Notes under the pieces: model-generated | What the model was told of the DNA's origin: nothing | Databases searched by the model: none | The model's input: only the letters and a program-made list of their open reading frames with translations | Assembly (NCBI GenBank): GCA_030616475.1 | Contig: JAUWXF010000002.1 | Span: 18-64,017, forward strand | DNA: 64,000 nt | Direction of reading: 5' to 3' | From: Desulfobacterales bacterium | Lineage (GTDB): Bacteria > Desulfobacterota > Desulfobacteria > Desulfobacterales > C00003060 | Program-made: the position numbers and the translations under genes | Shown: positions 26,268-34,833 of the stretch, in pieces | How positions within the stretch are numbered: the stretch's first letter is position 1 | How the letters are laid out: each line of letters opens with the position of its first letter

Positions 26268-28037
26268 ATTATAAAAAAGTTAACGACTTTAGTAATATTG
26301 CTGGTATTCTTGTTTGTTTCTATGACACTTTTTGCACAGGAAACCGACAAAAAGAAACGAAGGGATCCTATCCAATGCTTTGAAAAGGAAGCAAAACAGC
26401 TTGGTAAGATATTGAGTACGGAACATATTGAAAAATTAATTCAACATTTCCGGGAAAATAGACCTTTAAACCGCTGGTTGAGTATAATAGAAATCAAAGA
26501 ATATATCGAGCCGCTTAAGGATAAAAATGCTTATTCCTTTTGTATCATTGCGGAGTTAATGAAACGAGTAGGAGACTACCAAGCTGAAGATTATTATAAA
26601 AAAGCTATTGGTGCGAGTCCTGACGAACCTGCATATGAATTATTTTATGCAGATTATTTACGAAACTTTAGAGGTGCGCAGCGTCCACTCTTCCCAGAGG
26701 CAGAAGAGCATTACTATAAAGCATTAAAGAAACTTGAAGAGCTAAAGCAGAAGAAACATCGGAAAGCCTTTGACGTTGAAACTCAAAGGCGAGTTGAAAG
26801 AGGGCTTATCGCGCTTTATCAACAAGACGGTCTTCCGCTTCTTTGTTGGAAGTCCGATATTATTGAACCGAAAAGGGTTCTCGAAAGACCCTTTGTTTTT
26901 TTCAGCACAATTGATAAATATGCCAAACAAACTACGGATTTTGATGAAGTAGACGATGTAAGAGACTTCACATCGGAAGCTCTCTTTGCTTCAAGTAAGA
27001 TGAGGCTGAATCGCGCCTTAACGGAAGATGAGTTAAAGAATGTTATTCGCTCGAAGAAGCAATGTGAGACCTTAAATCGACTTCGATTTCGCTACAGATA
27101 TCGGCCTGCTTTAGATATCTTCTACAGATATCGAGAAATTGATGATGCTCAGATTACTAACTTTTTCGAACCAAATAAATATAACGATGTAAACCTAAAC
27201 GAATACGGTATGGCTATAGAAAAGCCTTTAGGCTTCTCTCAATACTTTGATCTTTTTCTAAAGGGTACGTTTAAAAGAACCAAACGAGAGGGAATAATCG
27301 AATTTCTTCCTGACACCAAGGAAGACATCAATCATTTTGAAGCTAAAACAGCACTTTCCAGATTTTTTGGCCCTAACAAAGCAAATTTAGAATTAACGTA
27401 TGTATTTCAGGATATCGATCCCGATATCGCCAATCCACCAAAAAGAGATAGGCAGATATTTGCCAGTACACTTGTCCTTTTACGGCCACTTTATGAACTG
27501 CGTTTTGAGACACGAGGTTTAGAAATATTTGGCGGTATCGTCCATGATAAAGAGAAGTTTGGACATGTGGATGTTAGGAAGAATGACTATTTCGTTGGTG
27601 CTTCCCTTAAAGGTTTTGAACTTTCTGAACAACTTAATACTTTTGATGTTACTATTCAACCAACAATTTTTACTTCAGAAGTTGAAGGGGATAAATCTCA
27701 GGATAATTCTCAGTATCGGACGAATTTTACTTTGCTATATAGAATATGTGACGAAGAAAAGGTGCCAGGGATTCCAAAAAAGGTTATGGGAACATATCCA
27801 GCATTTTTACATCTGGCGATTGCTATTAGACATGATATAGCAATTGATGGTCCTAAAGATTTCGAGAGTTTTAAAGCTGGTATCGAACTTAATACGAAGT
27901 TTTTTATTAGATCATTTGGAGAAACAAAAGTTTTCGGAACAACGTTCTTGGCTTCCTTAGGATATTACTATCAGCATTTCCACAGATTGGATAGAGATTT
28001 AAATCTCTTTAGCTTTAACATAAGTATGGGTTTTTGA
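26268..28037 (+). CDS. secreted / outer-membrane-like protein (C-terminal ...FNISMGF)
   Basis: The long ORF's upstream part (26112-26243) is occupied by site b. A signal peptide, IIKKLTTLVILLVFLFVSMTLFA, begins at ATT 26268, 5 nt after GAGGAAGG. This implies a non-canonical ATT/ATA start. The terminal aromatic residue is typical of beta-barrel OMPs. Confidence 0.5.
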   Translation: MIKKLTTLVILLVFLFVSMTLFAQETDKKKRRDPIQCFEKEAKQLGKILSTEHIEKLIQHFRENRPLNRWLSIIEIKEYIEPLKDKNAYSFCIIAELMKRVGDYQAEDYYKKAIGASPDEPAYELFYADYLRNFRGAQRPLFPEAEEHYYKALKKLEELKQKKHRKAFDVETQRRVERGLIALYQQDGLPLLCWKSDIIEPKRVLERPFVFFSTIDKYAKQTTDFDEVDDVRDFTSEALFASSKMRLNRALTEDELKNVIRSKKQCETLNRLRFRYRYRPALDIFYRYREIDDAQITNFFEPNKYNDVNLNEYGMAIEKPLGFSQYFDLFLKGTFKRTKREGIIEFLPDTKEDINHFEAKTALSRFFGPNKANLELTYVFQDIDPDIANPPKRDRQIFASTLVLLRPLYELRFETRGLEIFGGIVHDKEKFGHVDVRKNDYFVGASLKGFELSEQLNTFDVTIQPTIFTSEVEGDKSQDNSQYRTNFTLLYRICDEEKVPGIPKKVMGTYPAFLHLAIAIRHDIAIDGPKDFESFKAGIELNTKFFIRSFGETKVFGTTFLASLGYYYQHFHRLDRDLNLFSFNISMGF

Positions 28038-28049
28038 TAGAGCAACATA

Positions 28050-28820
28050 GTGAAAACAGTAATAGAGACAGCACATACTTTAATGGCTTTAATAATAGCG
28101 GTGACTTCTTTAATTACAGCCCTGACTGTTCTTTTAAGAAAAATCAATGAATTTCTAAAGGGGTATAGAGAACTGGTAAATTTAATTAAGGAAGGAGGTA
28201 AACCTAAAATGACAAAACCTATAACGATTTTTTTTATTGTTACTGTTTGTCTCTTTATTGGCCTTGGAATATTAGGGATAAGGGGATTTACAGAACCAAT
28301 TCCAACCCTTCGTGCCCCGTTTGATATGACTCTATATTTCTACCCTTCAGGATGGATGGGAGATGGAGAATTAGGCACAAGACACGTCCAACTTAATACA
28401 GGTTTTTGTGAATGCCAGCGTACTGGCGATACTGACGGCATTTGCATCAAAATAAGCTACCAGCCAGGTCCAAGGGGTTGGGCAGCTATCTATTGGCAAT
28501 ATCCAGATAGTAATTGGGGTGGCCAGCCTGGAAGGAGAATTGTAGGAGCTACAAGAATTGCCTTTTGGGCAAAAGGGGAAATAGGCGGTGAAATAGTTGA
28601 ATTTAAGGCGGGAGGAATTAGTGCCCACAACAAGCCTTATCGAGACAGTTTTGAAGTTTCGCGAGGGCGTATTAATCTTACAACATATTGGACAAGGTAT
28701 GAGATTACTCTATCGGGGGAGGACCTTTCCCATGTTATAGGAGCGTTCGCATGGGTAGCGTCAAGGGATGCAAATCCTGATGGTTTGATGTTCTACATAG
28801 ATGATATTCGATATGAATAA
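28050..28820 (+). CDS. membrane-anchored hypothetical protein
   Basis: 256 aa with two N-terminal hydrophobic helices and then a beta-rich domain. It starts 12 nt after the previous stop. Confidence 0.5.
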   Translation: MKTVIETAHTLMALIIAVTSLITALTVLLRKINEFLKGYRELVNLIKEGGKPKMTKPITIFFIVTVCLFIGLGILGIRGFTEPIPTLRAPFDMTLYFYPSGWMGDGELGTRHVQLNTGFCECQRTGDTDGICIKISYQPGPRGWAAIYWQYPDSNWGGQPGRRIVGATRIAFWAKGEIGGEIVEFKAGGISAHNKPYRDSFEVSRGRINLTTYWTRYEITLSGEDLSHVIGAFAWVASRDANPDGLMFYIDDIRYE

Positions 28821-28885
28821 ACTAGCAGTCAGCTTCTACTTAACATGATGAAATGGGACGGGTCTATTTTAAAAATGCCCGCAAC

Positions 28886-28954
28886 GACAGATAACACGAT
28901 GCATGTGTGAAATGAAAAATGCTCTGCACTTCACATGCACCGAAACCGTTAGCC
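28886..28954 (+). other. attC-like structured site c
   Basis: CAGATAAC-A-CGATGCATGTG (28897-28907) ... CACATGCACCG (28932-28942)-AAACC-GTTAGCC. The stem has one mismatch. Confidence 0.6.
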
Positions 28955-29013
28955 AAAACTACGTCAGTTTTAGTAAAAATGTCGGATGTCTACCATAAAG
29001 GGTTGGAAATACG

Positions 29014-29757
29014 ATGGCAAGAGTGGTGAAACAACAAGAGAGTCTTAACTTGGCCTTCAAAAAGAGAAGAGGACTTGGATTAGGAATTATTTCTGTTGGG
29101 GCAGTTATATTATTACTTTCTTGTTCTCTTGATTTTTTGTCATCTAATGTGAGGGGTATATCGGTTTTTTTAGGAATACTGTTAGTTTCCTTTGGGGCTA
29201 GGGTGATAAGTGTAGGACGTAAGTTTAAGGTAGGAGCAGTTGGTGAAAGTCGCGTAGTTGAAGTACTGGCCAGCTTTCCGAAATATTGGTATGTATTTAA
29301 TGACATGTTTGTTGGACGCTCCCAAATTGATCACATAGTTGTTTGTCCTAAGGGTGTATATACGATAGAGACAAAGAATTACCAAGGCACTATTTATGGA
29401 AATGCTGAAAAACAAGAGTGGTCTCAGGTCATCAACTATGATTACAAAACACCATTTTATAACCCTGTAAAGCAGGGGATAGGCCACTCAGTAGCACTAA
29501 GCAAGTATCTTGAGAAAGGTGGTTTTAAGAAGATTTGGGTCAACACAATAGTGGTATTTGCTGAGCCGAGCGTTAAGCTTAAGGTGTTTTCTCCCAAAAT
29601 ACCAGTGATTTATCTATCTGAATTGAATGAGTTTTTCAACAAGCAACAACAGATTATGAACCCTGATCAATGTATTAAGATAGCTAAGTGCGTACATAAA
29701 TTAATTCATGCTAAAAGGGAAAAGGCGCATGGCGTAGCTTCGGCTAACAGCGGATAA
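29014..29757 (+). CDS. NERD (nuclease-related) domain protein with N-terminal TM helices
   Basis: 247 aa. GAVGESRVVEVLASFPKYWYVFNDMFVGRSQIDHIVVCPKGVYTIETKNYQG matches the NERD pattern (GxxGE ... DH(l/i)vv ... ExK). Confidence 0.8.
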   Translation: MARVVKQQESLNLAFKKRRGLGLGIISVGAVILLLSCSLDFLSSNVRGISVFLGILLVSFGARVISVGRKFKVGAVGESRVVEVLASFPKYWYVFNDMFVGRSQIDHIVVCPKGVYTIETKNYQGTIYGNAEKQEWSQVINYDYKTPFYNPVKQGIGHSVALSKYLEKGGFKKIWVNTIVVFAEPSVKLKVFSPKIPVIYLSELNEFFNKQQQIMNPDQCIKIAKCVHKLIHAKREKAHGVASANSG

Positions 29758-29825
29758 AAGGGAAATCAAAGATTTCCCCAAATTGCCCTGCGGGCAACTT
29801 CTTTTATCCGCAAAACGTTATACGC
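29742..29825 (+). other. attC-like structured site d
   Basis: GGCTAAC-A-GCGGATAAAAG (29750-29760) ... CTTTTATCCGC (29801-29811)-AAAAC-GTTATACGC. The 11-bp stem is perfect and the loop holds two small hairpins. The site overlaps the NERD stop codon. Confidence 0.7.
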
Positions 29826-29867
29826 AATCGGACTTCGGCGGATAGACCATAAATATGAAATCAAGAG

Positions 29868-30965
29868 GTGGACGCTATGGTAAAAGACGAAGAAAAGCGC
29901 AAAACAACATTTCATAGAATAAGCAAAAAATGGAGAGAAAGCGTAGATAAAGTTAAAGAGTACGAGGTTGTTGAGGGTGAGGAAAAGATTTCTGAAGAAT
30001 TTATACCATTTGGTATCGATTATCAAGAGTACCAGGAAGCAGAAAAATTAAAACAGAGGCTGCTGAAGAAGTATAAAGGTAAGACATTGGAAGATGTAAT
30101 CGAAGGTAAGGAACTTAACACTAAAGAAGGCGTATGTTATTATATAGAAAATCAAGACAGATTAAGCTTAAAGATAATTAATCCAGAGCATGCAAGAAAG
30201 AAAATTCTATCAGATCTAAAATTAATTTACGGGATAGGAGAAGTAACAGAGCGGATTTTGAAAGAAGAGGGATGTAAAACAATTGAGGATCTTACGGAAC
30301 ATCCTCGTTTTGGTTCTCAAGCTATAGAGTTTTTAAAAATCCTTGACAAATGCGATACTTGCCAAATTGTTGACTGGATCGCACATTGGTTTCCAAAATC
30401 TCATCCATTAATCCTATATTCTTCGAGTTTCCACAACAAAGGGGACCTTATCATTTTTGATATAGAAACCATGGGGCTTTTTACTAGGCCTATTATATTG
30501 TTTGGTGTTGCCCGAATTTCTGGTGACCAGATATTGATAAACCAATATCTCTTACGCAACATAAAAGAAGAACCTGCAGCTCTAAAGGGCTTTTTATCCC
30601 ATATTAGTGAGGATAGTGTCTTTATAACATTCAATGGTCGAACCTTTGATATACCTTATGTTAGACAGAGGTTAGCGTATTATAGAATGAAAGGAGACCT
30701 TGAGAGGCCACACTTTGATATACTTCATTTTTCAAGGCGTGCATGGAGAGAAAAGGTGCCCAATTGCAGATTGAACACATTAGAGAAATATTTACTCGGC
30801 ATAGCAAGGAAAGATGATGTTCCAAGTGCTTTAGTTCCGGATTTCTATGAGACATATATGAGAAGCAAAAATGTAGGACCTTTAATTCCAATAATTGAGC
30901 ATAATAAACAAGATTTAGTTACAGTTGCTATTATCTTTTCAAGACTGCATGAAGAGTGGAGATAA
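29868..30965 (+). CDS. RNase H-fold 3'-5' exonuclease, YprB/MrfB-like
   Basis: 365 aa. LIIFDIETMGL ... FNGRTFDIPY ... HNKQD are DnaQ-like ExoI/II/III motifs. It overlaps the following helicase gene by 10 nt. Confidence 0.7.
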   Translation: MDAMVKDEEKRKTTFHRISKKWRESVDKVKEYEVVEGEEKISEEFIPFGIDYQEYQEAEKLKQRLLKKYKGKTLEDVIEGKELNTKEGVCYYIENQDRLSLKIINPEHARKKILSDLKLIYGIGEVTERILKEEGCKTIEDLTEHPRFGSQAIEFLKILDKCDTCQIVDWIAHWFPKSHPLILYSSSFHNKGDLIIFDIETMGLFTRPIILFGVARISGDQILINQYLLRNIKEEPAALKGFLSHISEDSVFITFNGRTFDIPYVRQRLAYYRMKGDLERPHFDILHFSRRAWREKVPNCRLNTLEKYLLGIARKDDVPSALVPDFYETYMRSKNVGPLIPIIEHNKQDLVTVAIIFSRLHEEWR

Positions 30966-33313
30966 TGGTAGAAAGAATAGTAAGTGCCTTAGAAAGGAAT
31001 TCACGATATAAGAACCGTGTGGAACATATTGAGATCTTGTCACCTAAGGAGCCTACTTTTGGAAAACTGAAAAAAGATCTATCGCGCAACATTAAGAATT
31101 ACCTCTTAAAAAAGGGCATTAAACTCTATAAGCATCAATGCGGTGCAATTGAGTACCTGAGAGCAGGAAAAAGCATTGTCATAACAACACCCACAGCATC
31201 GGGGAAAACGCTTGCCTTCAACGTCCCAATCTTTGAGAGATTGGACCAAGATAAGAGTGCTACTGCACTTTATCTTTATCCCACAAAGGCACTCGCCAAT
31301 GACCAATTAAAAGTAATAAAAGAGTTTGATAGCCTAAGTGGAATAGGTGTAAATCCAAATGTATATGATGGCGACACACCACCCAATAAAAGACCAAAAA
31401 TTAGAGAGACTTCGAGAATAATAATAAGCAATCCCTATCAACTACATCAGGTCTTGGCCTGGCATTATAAATGGCAAAAATTCCTCAGTAATTTGAAGTT
31501 TGTTGTGATAGATGAGGCACATCGGTATAGAGGTGTTTTTGGTTCAAATGTAGCATTTTTAATTAGAAGGTTACGGAGGATATGTGGCTTCTATGGCTCC
31601 GAACCCCAATTTATCCTATCGACTGCTACACTTGCTAATCCAATCGAATTTAGTGAAAGGTTAATTGGGGTTAGATTCAAGCTAATTGCCAATGATGGAT
31701 CACCTAAGGGAAAGAAATACTTCATTTTCTACAATCCCTATTTTGATGGTATTAGCACGCTATCCACTCATCAAGAGACAAAGGATTTATTCCTATTTTT
31801 TGTAAGAAAAGATCTTCAGACGTTGTGTTTCACACTGTCTAGGAAAATGGCAGAATTAATCGCATTATGGTCGAAGAAAGGGGTTAAAGAATCCGAACCA
31901 TACCTTATGGACAAAATTACTGCGTATAGAGCGGGCTATCTTCCAGAGGAAAGAAGAGAAATAGAGAACAATTTAAAAAACGGGATTTTAAGAGGTGTAA
32001 CCTCCACTAATGCTTTAGAGTTGGGAATCGATGTTGGTTCATTAGACAGCGTAGTAATTTCAGGTTACCCAGGAACGATTATATCAACGTGGCAACAAGC
32101 AGGAAGGGCGGGAAGAGGGGTTAGCGAGTCTGTTGCAACTTTAGTTGCTTTCCAAAATCCTTTAGATCAATATCTTATGAAGCATCCGAAGCTTTTCTTT
32201 GACAAACCTCATGAGCACGCAATAATTGATTTATCAAATCCTTATATAATCTCCGGACACTTGATGTGTGCTGGATCAGAGACGCCAATTAAATTGTCAG
32301 AAGAAGGGATATATTTTGGAGATGATGTTGAAGACATTTTAAAGGCATTAGAAAGAGAGGGTTTAATTCAGAATACACCAAATGGTTGGGTTTATTCAGG
32401 GAAAGGGAGAGCTACGGAGGCTGTTAGTTTAGATAACATTTCTTCAGACATATTTAAGGTCATTTGTGATGGGGAATTACTTGAGACAATGGATAGAAGA
32501 CAAGCATATAGAGAAGCGCATAAGGGGGCAGTTTTACTTCATCAAGGGGAAACATATATTGTGGAAGATTTAGATTTGAAGAAGTCTGTTATTCAAGTTA
32601 AAAAGATAGATGTAGATTACTACACAGAGGCTATGAAAGTTGTGGATATAGAGATTTTAGAAGAGATTGAAAAGAAAGGAATTGGCAACTTTGCTGTTTC
32701 GTTTGGTGATGTGGAAGCAAACGAGCAGTACGTTGGATACAAAATAATGAAATATGACAAAGTAATAGGAATGGAAAAACTCGATTTACCACCATTAAAC
32801 TTTAAAACAATGGGATTATGGTTTACCGTGCCAGAAGACACAAAAGAAAAAATATGGAAGAAAAGGAAGGAAGACGGAGATATTAAAGAAAATTTGAATA
32901 AAAGATCGGAAGAAGACTTAAAGAGAGGGGTGTTTGCCGGTGGGCTTCATGGTATTGAACACGCAATGATTGGAATAATGCCTTTTCATGTTATGTGTGA
33001 TCGATGGGATATAGGAGGTGTATCTGCGCCAAATCATCCAGATACAATGAAACCAACAGTCTTTATCTACGATGGTTTTGAGGGTGGAATTGGATTAACC
33101 GAGAAAGCTTTTGAATTGATTGTAGAAATAGTCAAAATGACCCTCGAACTTGTGAGAGACTGTAAATGTGAAGATGGTTGTCCTGCATGTATATATTCTC
33201 CCAAGTGTGGAAATGAGAATAAACCTTTGGATAAGAAAGCAACCATATTGATATTGGAGGAGTTACTTAATCTCATGAAGCAAGAAGATAAAATTAAGGT
33301 GAGGGGTCGATGA
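30956..33313 (+). CDS. DEAD/DEAH-box helicase with C-terminal DUF1998 zinc module, YprA/MrfA-like
   Basis: 785 aa. It has TPTASGKT (Walker A), VIDEAH, QQAGRAGR and a C-terminal CKCEDGCPACIYSPKCGNEN four-Cys module. Confidence 0.85.
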   Translation: MEIMVERIVSALERNSRYKNRVEHIEILSPKEPTFGKLKKDLSRNIKNYLLKKGIKLYKHQCGAIEYLRAGKSIVITTPTASGKTLAFNVPIFERLDQDKSATALYLYPTKALANDQLKVIKEFDSLSGIGVNPNVYDGDTPPNKRPKIRETSRIIISNPYQLHQVLAWHYKWQKFLSNLKFVVIDEAHRYRGVFGSNVAFLIRRLRRICGFYGSEPQFILSTATLANPIEFSERLIGVRFKLIANDGSPKGKKYFIFYNPYFDGISTLSTHQETKDLFLFFVRKDLQTLCFTLSRKMAELIALWSKKGVKESEPYLMDKITAYRAGYLPEERREIENNLKNGILRGVTSTNALELGIDVGSLDSVVISGYPGTIISTWQQAGRAGRGVSESVATLVAFQNPLDQYLMKHPKLFFDKPHEHAIIDLSNPYIISGHLMCAGSETPIKLSEEGIYFGDDVEDILKALEREGLIQNTPNGWVYSGKGRATEAVSLDNISSDIFKVICDGELLETMDRRQAYREAHKGAVLLHQGETYIVEDLDLKKSVIQVKKIDVDYYTEAMKVVDIEILEEIEKKGIGNFAVSFGDVEANEQYVGYKIMKYDKVIGMEKLDLPPLNFKTMGLWFTVPEDTKEKIWKKRKEDGDIKENLNKRSEEDLKRGVFAGGLHGIEHAMIGIMPFHVMCDRWDIGGVSAPNHPDTMKPTVFIYDGFEGGIGLTEKAFELIVEIVKMTLELVRDCKCEDGCPACIYSPKCGNENKPLDKKATILILEELLNLMKQEDKIKVRGR

Positions 33314-33347
33314 TAGATTTATTTGGAAATCCCGCCTTCGCCCGACA

Positions 33348-33437
33348 GCGTATAACACAGCATATCTGGCTCGCACCTACGGTGCTCACCCAAATTTGCC
33401 TTCAGCAAACTTAAGATATGCTGGAAACGTTATCCGC
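33348..33437 (+). other. attC-like structured site e
   Basis: GCGTATAAC-A-CAGCATATCT (33358-33367) ... AGATATGCTG (33414-33423)-GAAAC-GTTATCCGC. Confidence 0.65.
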
Positions 33438-33473
33438 AATCGCTGCTCTGAAAATGTTATGGGAGGGTGAGCT

Positions 33474-33743
33474 ATGCCAGCTAATAAGCACAACACAACT
33501 AAGAAAAATACCGAAAAGGCGAGTGAAAAAATCCCATTTCCCCTCAAGGGTATAACGAATGGCTATGGTAGGGTTGCTACCGAGCGAGCAATCATAATCC
33601 ACACATTGGAACGTTTGAACACAGAGGTGGATCAGTATCAGCCGACAGAGTTCAAGAACACCATTGATGAGAGGAGAATAGGGTTATTTCGAGCTATTAT
33701 ACACGCGGTCATAAATAATTGCGCATTACTGGGGATTCGATGA
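33474..33743 (+). CDS. hypothetical protein
   Basis: 89-aa ORF. GGGAGGGTGAG lies upstream. Its stop overlaps the next ATG (ATGA). Confidence 0.4.
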   Translation: MPANKHNTTKKNTEKASEKIPFPLKGITNGYGRVATERAIIIHTLERLNTEVDQYQPTEFKNTIDERRIGLFRAIIHAVINNCALLGIR

Positions 33744-34015
33744 TTCAATCGTTCAGCAGCCAGCGCTTTGATGCGCAATTATTTATGACCGTCTGTATAA
33801 CTAATGAATTGCTTGCCTTTGAAGCCGATCACGTATGGATAAGCGAAAATCTGAAAACGCTTCTGGACCAGTATGCCGAACAGTGGATCGCTGTCAAGGA
33901 TGGTAAGGTGATTGCCAGTGATCCCGAGCTGGCAGGACTGCTGTCGAAGCTGCCAGACCCAGCCCACACATGCGTTGAATTCATTACCAGTGAGCCCTTG
34001 GAGATGGTGCTATGA
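33740..34015 (+). CDS. DUF5678-like small protein
   Basis: WIAVKDGKVIASDPELAGLLSKL resembles DUF5678 proteins (from memory). I chose the ATG at 33740 because it overlaps the upstream stop. Confidence 0.45.
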   Translation: MIQSFSSQRFDAQLFMTVCITNELLAFEADHVWISENLKTLLDQYAEQWIAVKDGKVIASDPELAGLLSKLPDPAHTCVEFITSEPLEMVL

Positions 34016-34134
34016 TCATTCGGGGCCGCTTCATCGGAGATGCACCATATTTTACCATTGAAATTCGGGATAATATGAGCGATCTGTATGTGGTTGAGTC
34101 CGCGTGGGGCGGAGAGGGAGCAGGTGAGAATTAG
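34012..34134 (+). pseudogene. truncated retropepsin-like aspartic protease N-terminus (40 codons)
   Basis: MIIRGRFIGDAPYFTIEIRDNMSDLYVVESAWGGEGAGEN*. The first roughly 28 residues resemble the start of clan-AA protease partners of DUF5678 genes (from memory). The reading frame ends where backbone DNA resumes, just upstream of rpe. Confidence 0.3.
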
Positions 34135-34164
34135 CCCTGTGATCGGATACGAAGGAGGACAAAG

Positions 34165-34821
34165 ATGAAGCTGATAGCGCCATCCATATTGTCTGCGGAT
34201 TTTTCGAGATTGGGCGAAGAGGTTAAGGCCGTGGAAAGAGTCGGGGCCGATTGGATCCATGTAGATGTGATGGACGGCCATTTTGTGCCGAATATCAGCA
34301 TCGGACCGCTCGTGGTTGAAGCGGTAAAGCGGGTAACGGAGCTGCCGCTTGACGTGCACCTTATGATAGAGGATCCAGACCGGTATCTAAAAGACTTTGC
34401 AAAGGCAGGAAGTACATTAATGACTGTGCAGGTAGAGGCGTGTGTGCATCTGCACAGGACCATTCAGGCTATCAAGGCCTTCGATGTGAAGGCCGGGGTT
34501 GCACTCAATCCGGCAACGCCGCTTTCGACCATAGAATCGATCCTGGAAGATGTGGACCTGGTTCTTATCATGAGCGTAAACCCGGGCTTTGGCGGCCAGA
34601 AATTCATCCCCCAGGCGCTTCAGAAGGTAAGAGACCTCAAGCCCGTGATCCGCGAAAAGAATCCGAACGTCGTCATTGAGGTTGATGGAGGCATCAATCA
34701 AGAGACCATCCGGCCGGTGGCAGAGGCAGGTGCGGACGTATTCGTAGCTGGCTCAGCTATCTTTGGCAGCTCTGATTACGGCAAGACCATCAGGGAGTTG
34801 CGTTCGCTTATAGAGGGCTAA
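34165..34821 (+). CDS. rpe: ribulose-phosphate 3-epimerase
   Basis: 218 aa. It has PSILSADF, HVDVMDGHFVPN and MSVNPGFGGQKF. Confidence 0.95.
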   Translation: MKLIAPSILSADFSRLGEEVKAVERVGADWIHVDVMDGHFVPNISIGPLVVEAVKRVTELPLDVHLMIEDPDRYLKDFAKAGSTLMTVQVEACVHLHRTIQAIKAFDVKAGVALNPATPLSTIESILEDVDLVLIMSVNPGFGGQKFIPQALQKVRDLKPVIREKNPNVVIEVDGGINQETIRPVAEAGADVFVAGSAIFGSSDYGKTIRELRSLIEG

Positions 34822-34833
34822 CCCGGATAAACC

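Noticed and set aside
30956-33313. DISARM (DrmA/DrmB) or Druantia helicase
   Set aside because: The DUF1998 module is fused to the helicase, and the gene is coupled to a YprB-like exonuclease (the MrfAB pattern). No adjacent methyltransferase, PLD or SNF2 gene lies within the same cassette. The PLD and methyltransferase genes at 8.8-12.7 kb belong to a separate operon 17 kb away.
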